Assembly: GCA_963841565.1 (NCBI GenBank)
Contig: CAWJCY010000008.1
Span: forward strand, 1-64,000
Direction: 5' to 3'
DNA from: an uncultured Nitrososphaerales archaeon
Lineage (GTDB): Archaea > Thermoproteota > Nitrososphaeria > Nitrososphaerales > Nitrososphaeraceae
Length of the DNA: 64,000 nucleotides
Positions 1 to 11,263 of the stretch are shown one piece after another; position 1 is the stretch's first letter, and the number at the start of each line of letters is the position of its first letter. The notes below the pieces were generated by a model. That model worked only from the letters and a program-made list of their open reading frames with translations, was not told the DNA's origin and ran no database searches. The position numbers were made by a program, and so were the translations under genes.

Positions 1-293
1 GTGCTTAAGTAGAGAACGTAAGGGTAAACTTGAATGATCTGCCTGTTCTTGAATCACTGTGAGAATCACTGATTCTTGTCTTAGAATCAATTATTCTTGG
101 GCAATTATTATGAGTCGTATTTATTTGATTGACCGTTCCAATATCATCATCCTAGTATGTCGAACCTGAGAATTAGAATTTCATGCTACGATAAAAATTA
201 CCACTCTTATCTAATATTTCGAAGCGGTTTGTAAGATGGCAAACAAGGAAAATTTAATAGTAAGCCTAGAAAAATTGGAGATCTCGCACCAAA

Positions 294-1001
294 TTGATCC
301 TATTCTACCTTTTCCCGATCATTCTCTCAGAATTAGTATTTGCTACATCAAATACTGTATCGAATACAGCTGATCACGGCATTTTCGGGAATATGATTGA
401 ACTAATAACTGGTTGGATAACTAATTATGGATATCCATCAGTATTCGCTGCTGCTTTATTAGAAAATCTTTTTCCGCCTATTCCTAGCGAATTAGTATTT
501 CCATTGGTCGGTTTCTCTGCTCAGACAAATGATCTTGGAATTGCAGGAGCAATAGGGATGGCTCTCATAGGGGCAGTCGGCTCCACAGTCGGAGCAATAA
601 TAATATACTATATCGCTTTAAAGATAGGACTGCCGGCTATAACCAGGATTGGTAAACGATACCACCTAATTTCAGAATCAGATATAAAAAAGACAGAGAC
701 ATGGTTTGTTAGACACGGTGAACTAGCGGTATTCCTTGGTAGGATGGCTCCAGGGATTCGTGAATTGATTTCCATACCGGCAGGGATTGCTGAAATGAAT
801 ATTGTTAGATTCACATTTTTTACATTTATAGGATCATGTGTTTGGAGCTTATTTCTAACATTAATAGGATTTTTCATTGGAGATGCATGGATTAGATTTT
901 ACGGTGATTATTCTCAAATCTTTGATATAGCAGGGATCACATTGATTCTGGTAATAGTTGCAATTGTCGCTCTAAGATATTATAAGGGAAGACAGGAGTA
1001 A
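294..1001 (+). CDS. DedA family membrane protein
   Basis: LENLFPPIPSE and FLGRMAPGIRELISIPAG motifs; several hydrophobic helices. Confidence 0.9.
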   Translation: MILFYLFPIILSELVFATSNTVSNTADHGIFGNMIELITGWITNYGYPSVFAAALLENLFPPIPSELVFPLVGFSAQTNDLGIAGAIGMALIGAVGSTVGAIIIYYIALKIGLPAITRIGKRYHLISESDIKKTETWFVRHGELAVFLGRMAPGIRELISIPAGIAEMNIVRFTFFTFIGSCVWSLFLTLIGFFIGDAWIRFYGDYSQIFDIAGITLILVIVAIVALRYYKGRQE

Positions 1002-1345
1002 CATATGTATTGACTGTTTAGCAGACTTGCATGCCTTGGTTGAACCTCCTTAGGATGATTGCTAAGCATATGGTTTCCGTCTATTAGTATCATCTGGTTG
1101 ATTCAATCGTATGTTAGTCAAATATTAGGTTTTGTTCGTAACAGTTACAAATATCACTAATGTTGTATTCGAATTGGGGACTTTTCACATACAATTGCTT
1201 CACTAAATTTTGGCAGGAGGTTAAACAGGTATCAAAATAAGGTCCGACGCAAAGGTCGGATATTTGTTTTAACCCGTTTTTCGGTAAGAGTATTACAATG
1301 TATTCAATATTTATAATAATGGCTTTTGTCTAACATAGTTGGATA

Positions 1346-1630
1346 ATGTTCGGAAATATCTTTAGAAGATGGAAGCCCAAAGGAAGCATGTACAGTCTAA
1401 AATGTGCACAATGTGGCAAGGGTTTTCTTTCCAGTTTAAAACTCGAAGCTCCTATATGTGGGAAGTGTCTTCAGAAGGTGAAATCACTGGATTCAACAGT
1501 AGATCAAGAGAAAAAATGCAGCAATTGTGGAAAGAATGGAGTCCTCTATGGAAAAAGTATGTGCTCCCAGTGCTATTTTGGTTTTTCAAATCCTACTGAA
1601 AGTAAGGAGCAAGGAACTAGAATACAATAA
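1346..1630 (+). CDS. Small double zinc-ribbon protein
   Basis: Four CxxC pairs (CAQC, CGKC, CSNC, CSQC); TTTATAA TATA-like box ~30 bp upstream. Confidence 0.6.
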   Translation: MFGNIFRRWKPKGSMYSLKCAQCGKGFLSSLKLEAPICGKCLQKVKSLDSTVDQEKKCSNCGKNGVLYGKSMCSQCYFGFSNPTESKEQGTRIQ

Positions 1631-1946
1631 AGCTCAACAATACCCCCTCTATGCATTTGAGATCTGGGGCGGCACATTCAAAGCACGAGGGAATTGTGGC
1701 GTAATATCGATCAATATTTGCGAGGGGGACTAATTAAGAATGCCCTAATGTAAAGTGTGTCTAGTTGGAATATTTTACTAAAGATTCATATTTCTGTTGC
1801 TGATTCTATTTGTATTTGCGTTGAATGTTGACAGACCTTGCTATCTAAATATCCATGACGAGTCCTGCCCGGTCTCCCTAAACGGTCATATGGCATTTTG
1901 CTGAATAAATGTGTAATTTCTGGGCCAGGACTAGAACTTTACAAGT

Positions 1947-2924
1947 CTAAGAGGGGGCAAACACCTGGACGCGGCTGTTCCCTGCATCAACCACATAAAC
2001 TTTCCCTGACATGTCTAAAGCTATACCCAGAGGATCAATAAATTGCCCTTCACTGCTACCTTTAGATCCCCACTTTGTTATAAAATTGCCTTCGCTGTCA
2101 AACTTCTGCACCCGGCTATTACCTTGATCAGTAACATAGGTATTTCCTTCTGAATCGACTGCAACATCACCTGGTCGAGTAAACTGTCCATCTCCAGAAC
2201 CAGGTGTTCCCCACTTTGTTATAAAATTGCCTTCGCTGTCAAACTTCTGCACCCGGTTATTGCCTCCATCAACTACATAGATATTGTTTGAGGAATCAGC
2301 AGTTAAGCCAGCAGGATTAATAAACTGTCCATCACCAGTGCCTGGTGTTCCCCACTTTGTTATAAGATTGCCTTCGCTGTCAAACTTTTGTATTCTATTG
2401 TTTTCACCAAAGTCCCCTACGTATATGTTGTCAGAACTATCCACAGTCAAACCTCCCGGGTTAATGAATTGACCGTCGCCCAAACCAAATGAACCCCACA
2501 TTCTTAGAAAATTGCCTTCGTTCGTGAACTCTTGTACTGCTGTATCTGGACTACCAAAATCAGCGACATAGACATTTCCAGAAGAACTAACACCTATACC
2601 GCTGGGACTGGTGAAGAGAGCAGGACCAAAACCCAATGTTCCCCAAGAAGTGAGAAGGGTGCCATTGTTAGTAAACTTCTGTACTTTGTTAGACACACTT
2701 GTAAAGTCCGTGACATACACATTGTCGTCCTGATCTACAGTGATCTCAAGGGGTTGTTTGAAAGTACCAAAGCCAGTACCAGTTGAACCCCATTGTGTAA
2801 CAAATGAATATTGTTCCTGCCCTAAAGCTGTCATCGCGGTATACAAAGTGGTTCCTAGTATCAGAGTCAATGTGATACCCATAAATGTCGCCAATGCCAT
2901 TCTAATGGTGACAAAGCTTTTCAT
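1947..2924 (-). CDS. Secreted NHL-repeat six-bladed beta-propeller protein
   Basis: Signal peptide plus six repeats of WG..G.GDGQF..P.G..VDS.GN.YV.D..N.RVQKF. Confidence 0.92.
   Translation of the reverse strand: MKSFVTIRMALATFMGITLTLILGTTLYTAMTALGQEQYSFVTQWGSTGTGFGTFKQPLEITVDQDDNVYVTDFTSVSNKVQKFTNNGTLLTSWGTLGFGPALFTSPSGIGVSSSGNVYVADFGSPDTAVQEFTNEGNFLRMWGSFGLGDGQFINPGGLTVDSSDNIYVGDFGENNRIQKFDSEGNLITKWGTPGTGDGQFINPAGLTADSSNNIYVVDGGNNRVQKFDSEGNFITKWGTPGSGDGQFTRPGDVAVDSEGNTYVTDQGNSRVQKFDSEGNFITKWGSKGSSEGQFIDPLGIALDMSGKVYVVDAGNSRVQVFAPS
2068..2390. repeat. 141-bp-period near-identical DNA repeats within the NHL gene
   Basis: CCCACTTTGTTATAA(A/G)ATTGCCTTCGCTGTCAAACTT recurs at ~2069, ~2210 and ~2351. 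Confidence 0.85.
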
Positions 2925-3084
2925 ACTAAATCAAGTTATGATTGTTTTATATAAATGAATACTGTGTAGTGAAGGAGTACGAATACTATTTTAGATCGTT
3001 CTGCGGACACGATAAAGGCTGGATATAGGAAATAAATAAGATTTATGAATTGTTTTATTGCTGCTTTATCAGATTCATATTTTC

Positions 3085-3690
3085 CTATCTGCCTATTTGT
3101 GTACTATTCGCTTTCAACATAGGTCGCATATCTTTACGATCATCCATGACCAAGCCATAGATTGGAGTATTCCCATAATGATTGCTTACCTTTGAAGGGT
3201 CAAGCAATATGCTTATCACTTTATCTCCGGTGATCGTTATGCTCGAAGGGATGTCTGTAACCGGTCCTTCCCTCATACTTGCAGTTGCAGTACCATTAAA
3301 TATCATCGTTGAATTGTTTACCTGGGAAGAATTTGAAGCAACAAAATTAGTTATAGTGTGTGTATGTCCCGCGCTTCCATTAAGCCTTACCATCTCAAAC
3401 TGCGCATTGAAAGATTCTCCTCCTAAAGTTCCATTTCCTTGACCTTCAACTAATGATTGGTTGTTCGCCAAATTGCTTTTCCAATGCCCGAAAAGAACCC
3501 ATGCCGGATTCCCATTTTCACCATTCTGTACGCTGGATATTGTTCCAAATTCATACCCTCCTGTATCATTACCATATGGATAAGCTCTGGCCTGATTAAT
3601 CGGGTAGGTAGCTATCAAGACTGCTGATATAACGACAAAAGAAGCGAATATAGCAGAGCCTATCACTCGTTTTTCATCTCTTCTATCCAT
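3085..3690 (-). CDS. Secreted/membrane-anchored hypothetical protein, Nitrososphaeraceae type
   Basis: N-terminal TM helix; FNAQFEMVRLNGSAGHTHTITNF...NHYGNTPIYG; many NxS/T sequons. Confidence 0.75.
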   Translation of the reverse strand: MDRRDEKRVIGSAIFASFVVISAVLIATYPINQARAYPYGNDTGGYEFGTISSVQNGENGNPAWVLFGHWKSNLANNQSLVEGQGNGTLGGESFNAQFEMVRLNGSAGHTHTITNFVASNSSQVNNSTMIFNGTATASMREGPVTDIPSSITITGDKVISILLDPSKVSNHYGNTPIYGLVMDDRKDMRPMLKANSTQIGR

Positions 3691-3807
3691 AAAATAATAA
3701 TGGTCGACACCATTATTTGTACCTTCGTTCTAATTTTACAAGTTTATCTATCCTCTTTCGACTTTCGTATGAATCTCATCTAGTTACAAGCTAGCAATAC
3801 GTCCACC

Positions 3808-3892
3808 GAAAATCCAAATCCTGTAAGAGCAGTGAGGAGGAATTCAGGAAAATCCAAAATGTAATCCGGATTAATTAGATTAGGATCGGATT
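3808..3892. promoter_or_regulatory. Putative operator cluster between divergent genes
   Basis: GAAAATCCAAA direct repeat at 3808 and 3848; perfect palindrome TAATCCGGATTA at 3862-3873. Confidence 0.35.
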
Positions 3893-4114
3893 TATTCACC
3901 TGACAATGCAATTAATTTCTGGGTCTCTCCTTATCGTAGGTATAGTGAAAGAAAAATGTAGACAAAATTTGGAGATCAGCATAGCATTGTTAGAACGAAT
4001 TTTCAAGCAAAAATCAGTAGGTAGACTATCGAATTAAAATAGAATTAATCCGATGCAAAACACAATTAGGCCTTCACTTAATATATGGCCGTATTTTAAA
4101 GTGATCAGCACTCA

Positions 4115-4714
4115 ATGCAGGTATTGATCGCTGAGGACGACCTTGACATAGCTACACTTTACAAAAAGGCTTTAGAGAGAAGAAGTCATAGTGTCACCAT
4201 TACTTCAAATGGAGAGGAATGTCTTAAGAGATATCTAGACGCGTTGCATCATATTACTTTTGGAATCTCATTAGCAAGTACGTACATGTCTGAAAGAACA
4301 GCAACAAGACCGGATCCCTCTTTATCGACCAGGTTTAGTAGATTCAGATCGGTCAACAAGTCCGCACCATATGATGTTGTGATTCTTGATTACAGCATGC
4401 CAAGCATCAACGGAATGAATGTAGCCAAGGAAATCTTAGCAATAAATTCCCATCAAAGAATTATTTTTGCTTCCGCATATGTTAAAGAAACCCTTGAACA
4501 TTCTATTAAGGAACTCAAGCAAGTAGTAGAACTGATTCAGAAGCCCTTTTCATTGAACAAACTAGTGGACATCATCGAAGACAAGGAAGTATATGAAGAT
4601 TTGAGAGCTCTTAACATTGATGTTGACCTTGTGAAAGCAACGAATCCGACCCATGAGCAAATCCTCGACCTTTTAGAAAGATTAAAGAGGATCCAGAAAC
4701 ATAGGACAGTTTGA
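4115..4714 (+). CDS. Response regulator receiver protein with internal insertion and C-terminal helical extension
   Basis: LIAEDD, ILDYSMP (phospho-Asp) and IQKPF motifs. Confidence 0.88.
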   Translation: MQVLIAEDDLDIATLYKKALERRSHSVTITSNGEECLKRYLDALHHITFGISLASTYMSERTATRPDPSLSTRFSRFRSVNKSAPYDVVILDYSMPSINGMNVAKEILAINSHQRIIFASAYVKETLEHSIKELKQVVELIQKPFSLNKLVDIIEDKEVYEDLRALNIDVDLVKATNPTHEQILDLLERLKRIQKHRTV

Positions 4715-5019
4715 TTTTATTGTCGCGTCTCACTAGTATCTGGTCCTCACGAAGGTGGTCACTAATTAACAGAACAACCAGAATAACAAACAAGGTTATC
4801 TGAAAGAAGTAGAGGTATACTAAAGCATAGAATGTATCCTAACCTGTCCGCAAACAAGGTTTTTCCAATTTTGGGTATCCAAAAAGGAAAGTCTAAATGG
4901 GTTTTAACAGTGTTTAGTGTAGTTATGAACGCTAGGAAATGCGTTATGTCATCTGTTCTTGCGACCATAATAATTATTGTGAGATATGAAACTGAAAAAC
5001 GAGAGGATAGCTAAAATAA

Positions 5020-5283
5020 ATGTCTTCTTATAAAAGCAAAAGGCTTCCTAGGTCAGCCAGAAGGTCGCGTAAGCCGTTGCAGGAAAATTGGATAAGAGGT
5101 CCAGGGAGGGGGACCACGCTCAAATGTACTTACGTGAAGTGTTCTTATGAATGGGAATATTTTGGTCGCCGGAAATGGGCGCAGTGTCCCGCATGTCACA
5201 GTGTGTTGAAAGTTGCATTGGCCAAGAAGAATTTAATTTATCATCAACAAGCTTTGAATTCTAATGAATTCAAGAATGAATAG
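5020..5283 (+). CDS. Small basic zinc-ribbon protein
   Basis: CTYVKC..YEWEY...CPAC; Arg/Lys-rich N-terminus. Confidence 0.6.
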   Translation: MSSYKSKRLPRSARRSRKPLQENWIRGPGRGTTLKCTYVKCSYEWEYFGRRKWAQCPACHSVLKVALAKKNLIYHQQALNSNEFKNE

Positions 5284-5338
5284 GTTGAAAATCATGTATA
5301 ATCCCAGATAAAACTATCAACACCCGATGGTGAAGGCT

Positions 5339-6154
5339 TTATGGTCTCCAGGTAAACTTGCTCGACTGTCTAAAGAATTCGTAAGCGTTGTAAAAAGTCA
5401 CCTTTTCTATTTGCTCAATATTAAATTCTCCTGATTTTCTCATTTCTCTTGCCATTAGTGGAACACTCAAAGGGTCTGAAACTCCCCAATCAGCTGCACT
5501 ATGTACCATGATTTTTTCAGTACCGTATTTCTTTATTATATTGATTGCTCTATCAGGAGAGAGCTTAGTATATGGATATACTGACAACCCTGCCCATAAT
5601 CCAAGAGCTAAAGTTTTTTCAATGGTTTCTTCTACATTATGGTCTACCAAAATCATTTTTCTTCTATATTTATTAGAACTATTCAATATTTTCTCAATCC
5701 TATTGATCCCTTCCACTTTGTTATTGTGCGGTAGGTGTATTGTCATTAGCAAATCTTTATCCGCCGCTATGTCCATCTGTTTGATGAATACCTCTTCTTC
5801 TAGTTCGTTTATAAGATTATAGCCAATCTCGCCAACTGCCACAACTCGTTCCCTGTCAAGATATCCTTTTTTTGTCATTGCGTCAATTGCATCGAGTCCT
5901 AACGGTCTAGCATTTGCCTCCTTAGGATTTACTGAAATACAAACATAATGTTCGATGGCAAATTCTCTTGCTCGTTGAGTTTCAAAGGTGATCATATGCT
6001 CCCAATAATCCTCAAAAGTCCCAACAAACCTTCTCGGTCCTCCGAGCCAAAATGATGGTTGTACTATGACCTCGATGCCGGCCTTTGACATCAGATCATA
6101 ATCATCTGTCGTACGAGAATACATGTGAATATGGGGATCGAATAATCTTGTCAA
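5339..6154 (-). CDS. TatD-family metal-dependent hydrolase (EboB-like subfamily)
   Basis: DPHIHMYSRTTDDY, FWLG.PR, AVGEIG, LVDH and SAADWGVSDPL motifs. Confidence 0.88.
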   Translation of the reverse strand: MTRLFDPHIHMYSRTTDDYDLMSKAGIEVIVQPSFWLGGPRRFVGTFEDYWEHMITFETQRAREFAIEHYVCISVNPKEANARPLGLDAIDAMTKKGYLDRERVVAVGEIGYNLINELEEEVFIKQMDIAADKDLLMTIHLPHNNKVEGINRIEKILNSSNKYRRKMILVDHNVEETIEKTLALGLWAGLSVYPYTKLSPDRAINIIKKYGTEKIMVHSAADWGVSDPLSVPLMAREMRKSGEFNIEQIEKVTFYNAYEFFRQSSKFTWRP

Positions 6155-6581
6155 TTATGCTGAACTGTCTTTCTCTCACATATATATGGATGTAGTATAT
6201 CAAATATTGTATTCAAGACTACAATAGAGGGATCTTGGATGTTAGCGGTGATTCCAACGCAACTTTGTAACCTAAAGATAGGACATGTACAAATTTCATA
6301 TTTTGATAAACGAACCACTAACTATTTCGAGAATATTTTTAGAAACTTTGGCGTCAACTCTTTTCGTCTGTTCTCTTGAGTCAAGATTAAGAAATTTGGG
6401 CTATTCTGGAGCAGTTAGACGCTAAAATCATTGCACTAGCTATTCTACATATTTTATATCTGCGAGCAGAATAGTATAGATCTTAGATTAGATATATTTT
6501 ATAGTTAGAATTAATACACTTACTATGAGCAATGAGATCAAATTTATATATTTCAACATTCACAATATTATCTAATAGGCC

Positions 6582-6812
6582 ATGTCGAATGAGGATATAA
6601 TGTTTGCGGATTGGGATAAGATCATTCTTAAGAATGCACGGTCGAGGGATAGTAAAGAATTGGGTAATATTATTGCTGTTGATGATGACAACATTATTTT
6701 GAATCAAGATAACATCGAATTTAAGATACCAAAGTCTTATGTGGAAGGATATAGAGGGAACGCTGTCTTTCTCGGTCTAAATGGAAAAGATATCCAGTAC
6801 TATCAATTTTAG
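6582..6812 (+). CDS. Single-domain DUF2171/PRC-barrel-like protein
   Basis: W..I..K..RS.D..ELG.I...IPK.YVEGY.G pattern shared with 39126-39548 and 39669-40721; TTTATATA upstream. Confidence 0.7.
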   Translation: MSNEDIMFADWDKIILKNARSRDSKELGNIIAVDDDNIILNQDNIEFKIPKSYVEGYRGNAVFLGLNGKDIQYYQF

Positions 6813-6839
6813 GACTGATACTCATTAAACCATGATACA

Positions 6840-7592
6840 TTGGTCCTACGCAAGATGACTATTTTACCGCTATCCATTATCCAATGGTTAAATTCTAATC
6901 AGATTCTCCTACTTGCAATGAGCTTATTGAGTGTGTTACTTTTGCTCTTTGTTAATGTATCCGTAGTACAAATGTTCAATTCGATTTCATCTATTCCGGA
7001 TAGTTCGATAATCTCAAAGTTTATAATTGCACTGACACTTGTATTGATAGCGATTATCCCTCTCCCAATAGTACATAAGGGAATAGTTCCAATTGCAATA
7101 GCCGGCATAGGATTGCCTCTATTATATGCTGGTACGGTAATCCCTATTACAACCACATCATCACCTGGCATATCTGGAAATTCCGAAGAAATATTGTTCA
7201 TTGCTGAGGGATACTTTCTACTTGGAGTGTCAATGATGGCATTTAGTATTATCAGTGCATACAAACCTTCCATACTATATGTCAAGAATAGGCCAAAAGA
7301 TACAGGAGATATGAGCCAAGAAGAATATCCGCTGTGGGATAAGATGCATGGAGGAACAAACCACATTCTTTCCGTAGGTAGATTCGACGATGAGGTGAAT
7401 ATTCCTCTCAAAGATTTGATGAGCGAGATAGAGACGTATTTATTATGGCGATATTCGTATGTCTTGGTCTCAATTCGTGGAATCCGTTATCTCGCCAATC
7501 CCAATAGCTATGTTCCATATAGTTCAATTATCTTGAGAGACGAAAACGGGCGGATGATTGGGAAGGGCAAATTTAGCAGCTATCTAGTATAG
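6840..7592 (+). CDS. Hypothetical membrane protein
   Basis: About four TM helices followed by a soluble C-terminal domain. Confidence 0.65.
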   Translation: MVLRKMTILPLSIIQWLNSNQILLLAMSLLSVLLLLFVNVSVVQMFNSISSIPDSSIISKFIIALTLVLIAIIPLPIVHKGIVPIAIAGIGLPLLYAGTVIPITTTSSPGISGNSEEILFIAEGYFLLGVSMMAFSIISAYKPSILYVKNRPKDTGDMSQEEYPLWDKMHGGTNHILSVGRFDDEVNIPLKDLMSEIETYLLWRYSYVLVSIRGIRYLANPNSYVPYSSIILRDENGRMIGKGKFSSYLV

Positions 7593-7899
7593 CTAAATCA
7601 AATTTCGTAGATCATTCATTTATTTGGCCACAGTGTGGGACCAGGATGTGAAAGATTAGCATATTCGATAACGTTCCCATAAAAGGTCCATTCTATGATC
7701 TATGAAATCTATTTGACTCCCCCTGAGGTCGGTATTCAAATCTTCATAGTGCCACGTTGTATTTGTTTTGGAACAAACTAGAAAAGCATTTTTTAATTAG
7801 GTTGGTTCACTAACTCGTAAGGGTAGTTAGTAAATAAATAAACAAATCTTTTAAGCAAGATGACGGAATACGATAGCTATTTGAAAGATGGGAACATAA

Positions 7900-8468
7900 T
7901 TGGTTAGTAAAAATAACAATAATTTGGATTTAATTAGGCAGATATCGGATGATGTGATCCGTTGTACTAATTGCGAACTCTGTCATGCAAGGAAAAATGC
8001 GGTACCTGGCGAAGGATCTGCATCTGCAAAGGTCGTGTTTGTAGGAGAAGCCCCCGGTAGATTTGAGGATATCCAAGGCAAGCCATTTGCAGGACCCGCA
8101 GGAAAGATCCTAGAAGCAGCACTGTTAAACGCGAATATATCCAGGTCTCAAGTTTTCATAACCAATATTGTAAAATGTAGACCGCCTGGAAACCGAAGGC
8201 CCAAACGTGATGAAATCATCATGTGCAATGACTACCTCAACAAGCAAATATCAGTCATTAACCCCAAAATTGTATGCATCTTAGGAGCGACAGCATATTC
8301 GTCACTTCTGGGTGGTAAAGAAATCACATTAAATCGAGGAAAATTGCTAAACATCAATGGACGAGATTATTTCTTGACGATTCATCCTGCAGCGACTTGT
8401 ACAGAAGAAGTTTGCTTCGCGTCTTGGAGGAGGACTTGTTGAAATTGTCAAAATTGATTTTTGAGTAG
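7900..8468 (+). CDS. udg: Family-4 uracil-DNA glycosylase (4Fe-4S) with a 1-nt frameshift near 8397
   Basis: CxxCxL, VGEAPG, KCRPPGNR.P and HPAA motifs; adding one T restores LYRRSLLRVLEEDLLKL...FE*. Confidence 0.9.
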
Positions 8469-8724
8469 TGATGGGAATAACAGATGACATCTTAGGGTCA
8501 GAAGATCACCTGGTCACATTCTGCAAGGGCGTCAGGGGGATTGATAAGAAGTCAAGTTTTTGATCTTGTTATTATCGGGCCTGGACCAGTGCATGTCGAT
8601 GTCGATATGCACTCTTTAACCACAGTACATTTTACGGAAGCTCTAAGAATGAATTAAAGGTACGGCCAATGGAAAAAAATGGGAAATGCGCTAATCTGCA
8701 GTACTACATTTATCCCAGGATATC

Positions 8725-9702
8725 TTGTTCACACCTATGAAAATAGGTGTGATTGGAACCGGAAAGATGGGAGCACAATTAGCGATCAGGCTAGCAAAGA
8801 GCGGACATGAAGTCATAGTCTTTAATAGGGACAGATCGAAAGCACAGATTGTACAGCATTCTATTGCTAAAAACAAGATCAGGATGGCGAGCACACCAGC
8901 AGAAGTAGGAAATAATTCTAAATTCGTGATAATTTGCGTGAAGGACCATCAAGCCATTTTGGATATAACTACTGCTAAGGGAGATGCAGGCCTAATTGAT
9001 TCTCCGAGAAGTAATCGGATTGGCAAGGATTTCATTGTAGTTCAATGCAGTACAATATCTCCCACCGAATCAAATCATGTGGCAGATCTTTATGGCAATA
9101 AGAGCATCAAAATGGTCACTGTGCCAATTATAGGGGGGATAAGTGCCGCAGAAAGAGGAGAACTAATTTTGATAGCTGCTGGTCCAAAAAAATCGTTCAA
9201 TCAGACCAAGTCATTACTTAAGGACCTTAGCAAGCAAGTATTCTATGTTGGGCCAAATCATGGTACCGCAAGTACGCTCAAACTTGCAGTCAACATTAAC
9301 ATTGCATTAATAGCTCTTGCACTTGCAGAAGGTTTGGCATTTGTGAAAGGGTCTGGGTTGGACCCAGATATTTTTATCAAGATTTTCAATTCTACCTACT
9401 TCAAGACTGGTGTGAGTGAAAACAAGGGACCAAAAATTATTCATGATGAGTACAGCCCCTCTTTCTCTGTTGCGAATATGGCAAAAGATCTAAAATTAAC
9501 CTTGCAGACAGCGTATAGTTCAGGTCTTACACTCCCAGCTACTGCTTCATCTCATGCTATTTACAAGGCCTCGGAAGCAGTTGGCCTATCGAATTTGGAT
9601 TACACCTCAGTAGCTTCTTTCATATTAAGGCTAAATGGAATCAGTCGCTTCGGAATAAGGAAAGGGCAGAGTAGAGATACTGATTTTCTACTGTCGTCCT
9701 AA
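8725..9702 (+). CDS. NAD(P)-dependent beta-hydroxyacid dehydrogenase (3-hydroxyisobutyrate dehydrogenase-like)
   Basis: IGVIGTGKMG Rossmann motif; STISP; KLAVN catalytic Lys; KDL. Confidence 0.88.
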   Translation: MFTPMKIGVIGTGKMGAQLAIRLAKSGHEVIVFNRDRSKAQIVQHSIAKNKIRMASTPAEVGNNSKFVIICVKDHQAILDITTAKGDAGLIDSPRSNRIGKDFIVVQCSTISPTESNHVADLYGNKSIKMVTVPIIGGISAAERGELILIAAGPKKSFNQTKSLLKDLSKQVFYVGPNHGTASTLKLAVNINIALIALALAEGLAFVKGSGLDPDIFIKIFNSTYFKTGVSENKGPKIIHDEYSPSFSVANMAKDLKLTLQTAYSSGLTLPATASSHAIYKASEAVGLSNLDYTSVASFILRLNGISRFGIRKGQSRDTDFLLSS

Positions 9703-10072
9703 TAGCTCAACGTTGATTTCGACGACTCGCGTCTTTTCGGACAGTTAAAGTCGTCTAAAGTTTCGGAATGCATTTTTTTCCCCGCTGCAACGTTCAACCG
9801 CAAAATACCATTAAACATCAAGTGAGATAAATCGGAAGTGTGCGATTAATCCTATAATTATTGAGTTTCTTTATGATTGTTTCTCTACAGTAAAATGAAT
9901 TCTCATGTTGGCCGTTGGTTGATACAATTCAGATTTGTGAGATGCATGAAAAAAGTGAATATGTCACTCTTGAATGGATTTATGTACTATTCATCATCAT
10001 TGACAATATGATATTCATCAATAAAACACAAAAAATAGTTTCAGGGAGGTCTTCTAAGAAATGACCATCGAT

Positions 10073-11248
10073 TTAACCTGAGGCCGCCAAGAGCTCCTCT
10101 GCTTGATTCAAATTGCTGTTGATCTTGTCTACGTGCTCTTGAATCTCCTCTATTGGTGCATGGGATTGGATCAACTGTCTTAAGTCTTCTCTGAGCATCA
10201 ATTCAGTTGTCTCCATTAGGGTCCTATTCTGTTCCGCTAAAGGAGCTTCTATAAACTCATAGTTATCTAGATATGCTTGTATAGCTAGAGTGTCAGCCTG
10301 GTCATAGTTCTGATTTTCGTATGCATCAAGTGTTTGATTTAGCAAATTGCGAATCTCAGGGATATACGCCGAAGTATCACTACCAGTACCAGAGATATTT
10401 CCTTCATTAATACCGGTCACCTCTGAAATCTCATGTATAATCGATCCAATTGCATTAGATACTATTTCAGGATTTGACTTTTCCTGAACAGCGTTTCCAA
10501 GATCTGCAAAGAATCCATTTATCACCGGAACGTCAGCCGACTTTTCTTGAGGGATCAAAGGAGATGATTCATTGAAAATTGCTCGAGCTCTTGAAATAAA
10601 TGCCTGTCCATCCTGATACTCCACTATTTCCTTTAATTGACCATTCTCTATTGCTTCTTTGTATTCGTTATCTGCTACAGATAATAGGTTTCCAACGACC
10701 ATGAGATTGAATGCACTGTCATTTATCGCTTGAGCTGGAATGATCTTGCCAACAGTATCATTGAGTAATCCATTGATATCCAGAGCCTTGGTCATAAATT
10801 CTTGTACAGTAGAATTGTCTACAATATTTGAAAGCTGACCCAAAGAGGATGATAACGATTGATTCAGACTTGGATCTGTGGCATCTATCTGGACCTCGAT
10901 GCTACTGTAAATCTCTTCGATTGGATGAAGAGTGTGTGCCTTTGCCAGAGTCGTATTTCCAATCTCTTTATTTGAAACAGCCTGGTCTAAATGTCCCCTG
11001 ATCTGCTCTATATTTGAATCAAAACCTACTAACGAGCTATTTGAAGTACTAGAACTCATATTCGTGGCATTTTGAATTGCACCAACTTCTGTTCCCCCTG
11101 ATTCTTGTCCATTCACAAATCCAGGGTTTAGAGATACTGATGCAAAAATGGCCATAACAGCAGCAGCGAAGCAAGCGACAAAAAGGATAGAGTTGATATG
11201 TTGTTGTTTACTTGAAGTCAAACTTTTCGATTCATCTTGCATTTTCAT
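10073..11248 (-). CDS. Secreted helical protein resembling FTR1-associated extracellular iron-uptake domains
   Basis: Signal/TM helix; EQIRGHL, HTLHPIEE, EYQDG and AYLDNYEFIEAPL motifs; DtxR-like box directly upstream. Confidence 0.65.
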   Translation of the reverse strand: MKMQDESKSLTSSKQQHINSILFVACFAAAVMAIFASVSLNPGFVNGQESGGTEVGAIQNATNMSSSTSNSSLVGFDSNIEQIRGHLDQAVSNKEIGNTTLAKAHTLHPIEEIYSSIEVQIDATDPSLNQSLSSSLGQLSNIVDNSTVQEFMTKALDINGLLNDTVGKIIPAQAINDSAFNLMVVGNLLSVADNEYKEAIENGQLKEIVEYQDGQAFISRARAIFNESSPLIPQEKSADVPVINGFFADLGNAVQEKSNPEIVSNAIGSIIHEISEVTGINEGNISGTGSDTSAYIPEIRNLLNQTLDAYENQNYDQADTLAIQAYLDNYEFIEAPLAEQNRTLMETTELMLREDLRQLIQSHAPIEEIQEHVDKINSNLNQAEELLAASG

Positions 11249-11249
11249 A

Positions 11250-11263
11250 TTAGTTGAACCTAA
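11250..11263. promoter_or_regulatory. DtxR/IdeR-like operator
   Basis: TTAGTTGAACCTAA (TTAG-N6-CTAA) between the TATA-like box and ATG of the 10073-11248 gene. Confidence 0.55.

Noticed and set aside
50-100. GAATCACTG direct repeats at the window start
   Set aside because: Short, and the context is cut off by the window edge
7715-7755. tRNA-like fragment CCTGAGGTCGGTATTCAAATC
   Set aside because: No T-stem pairing or acceptor strand; too weak
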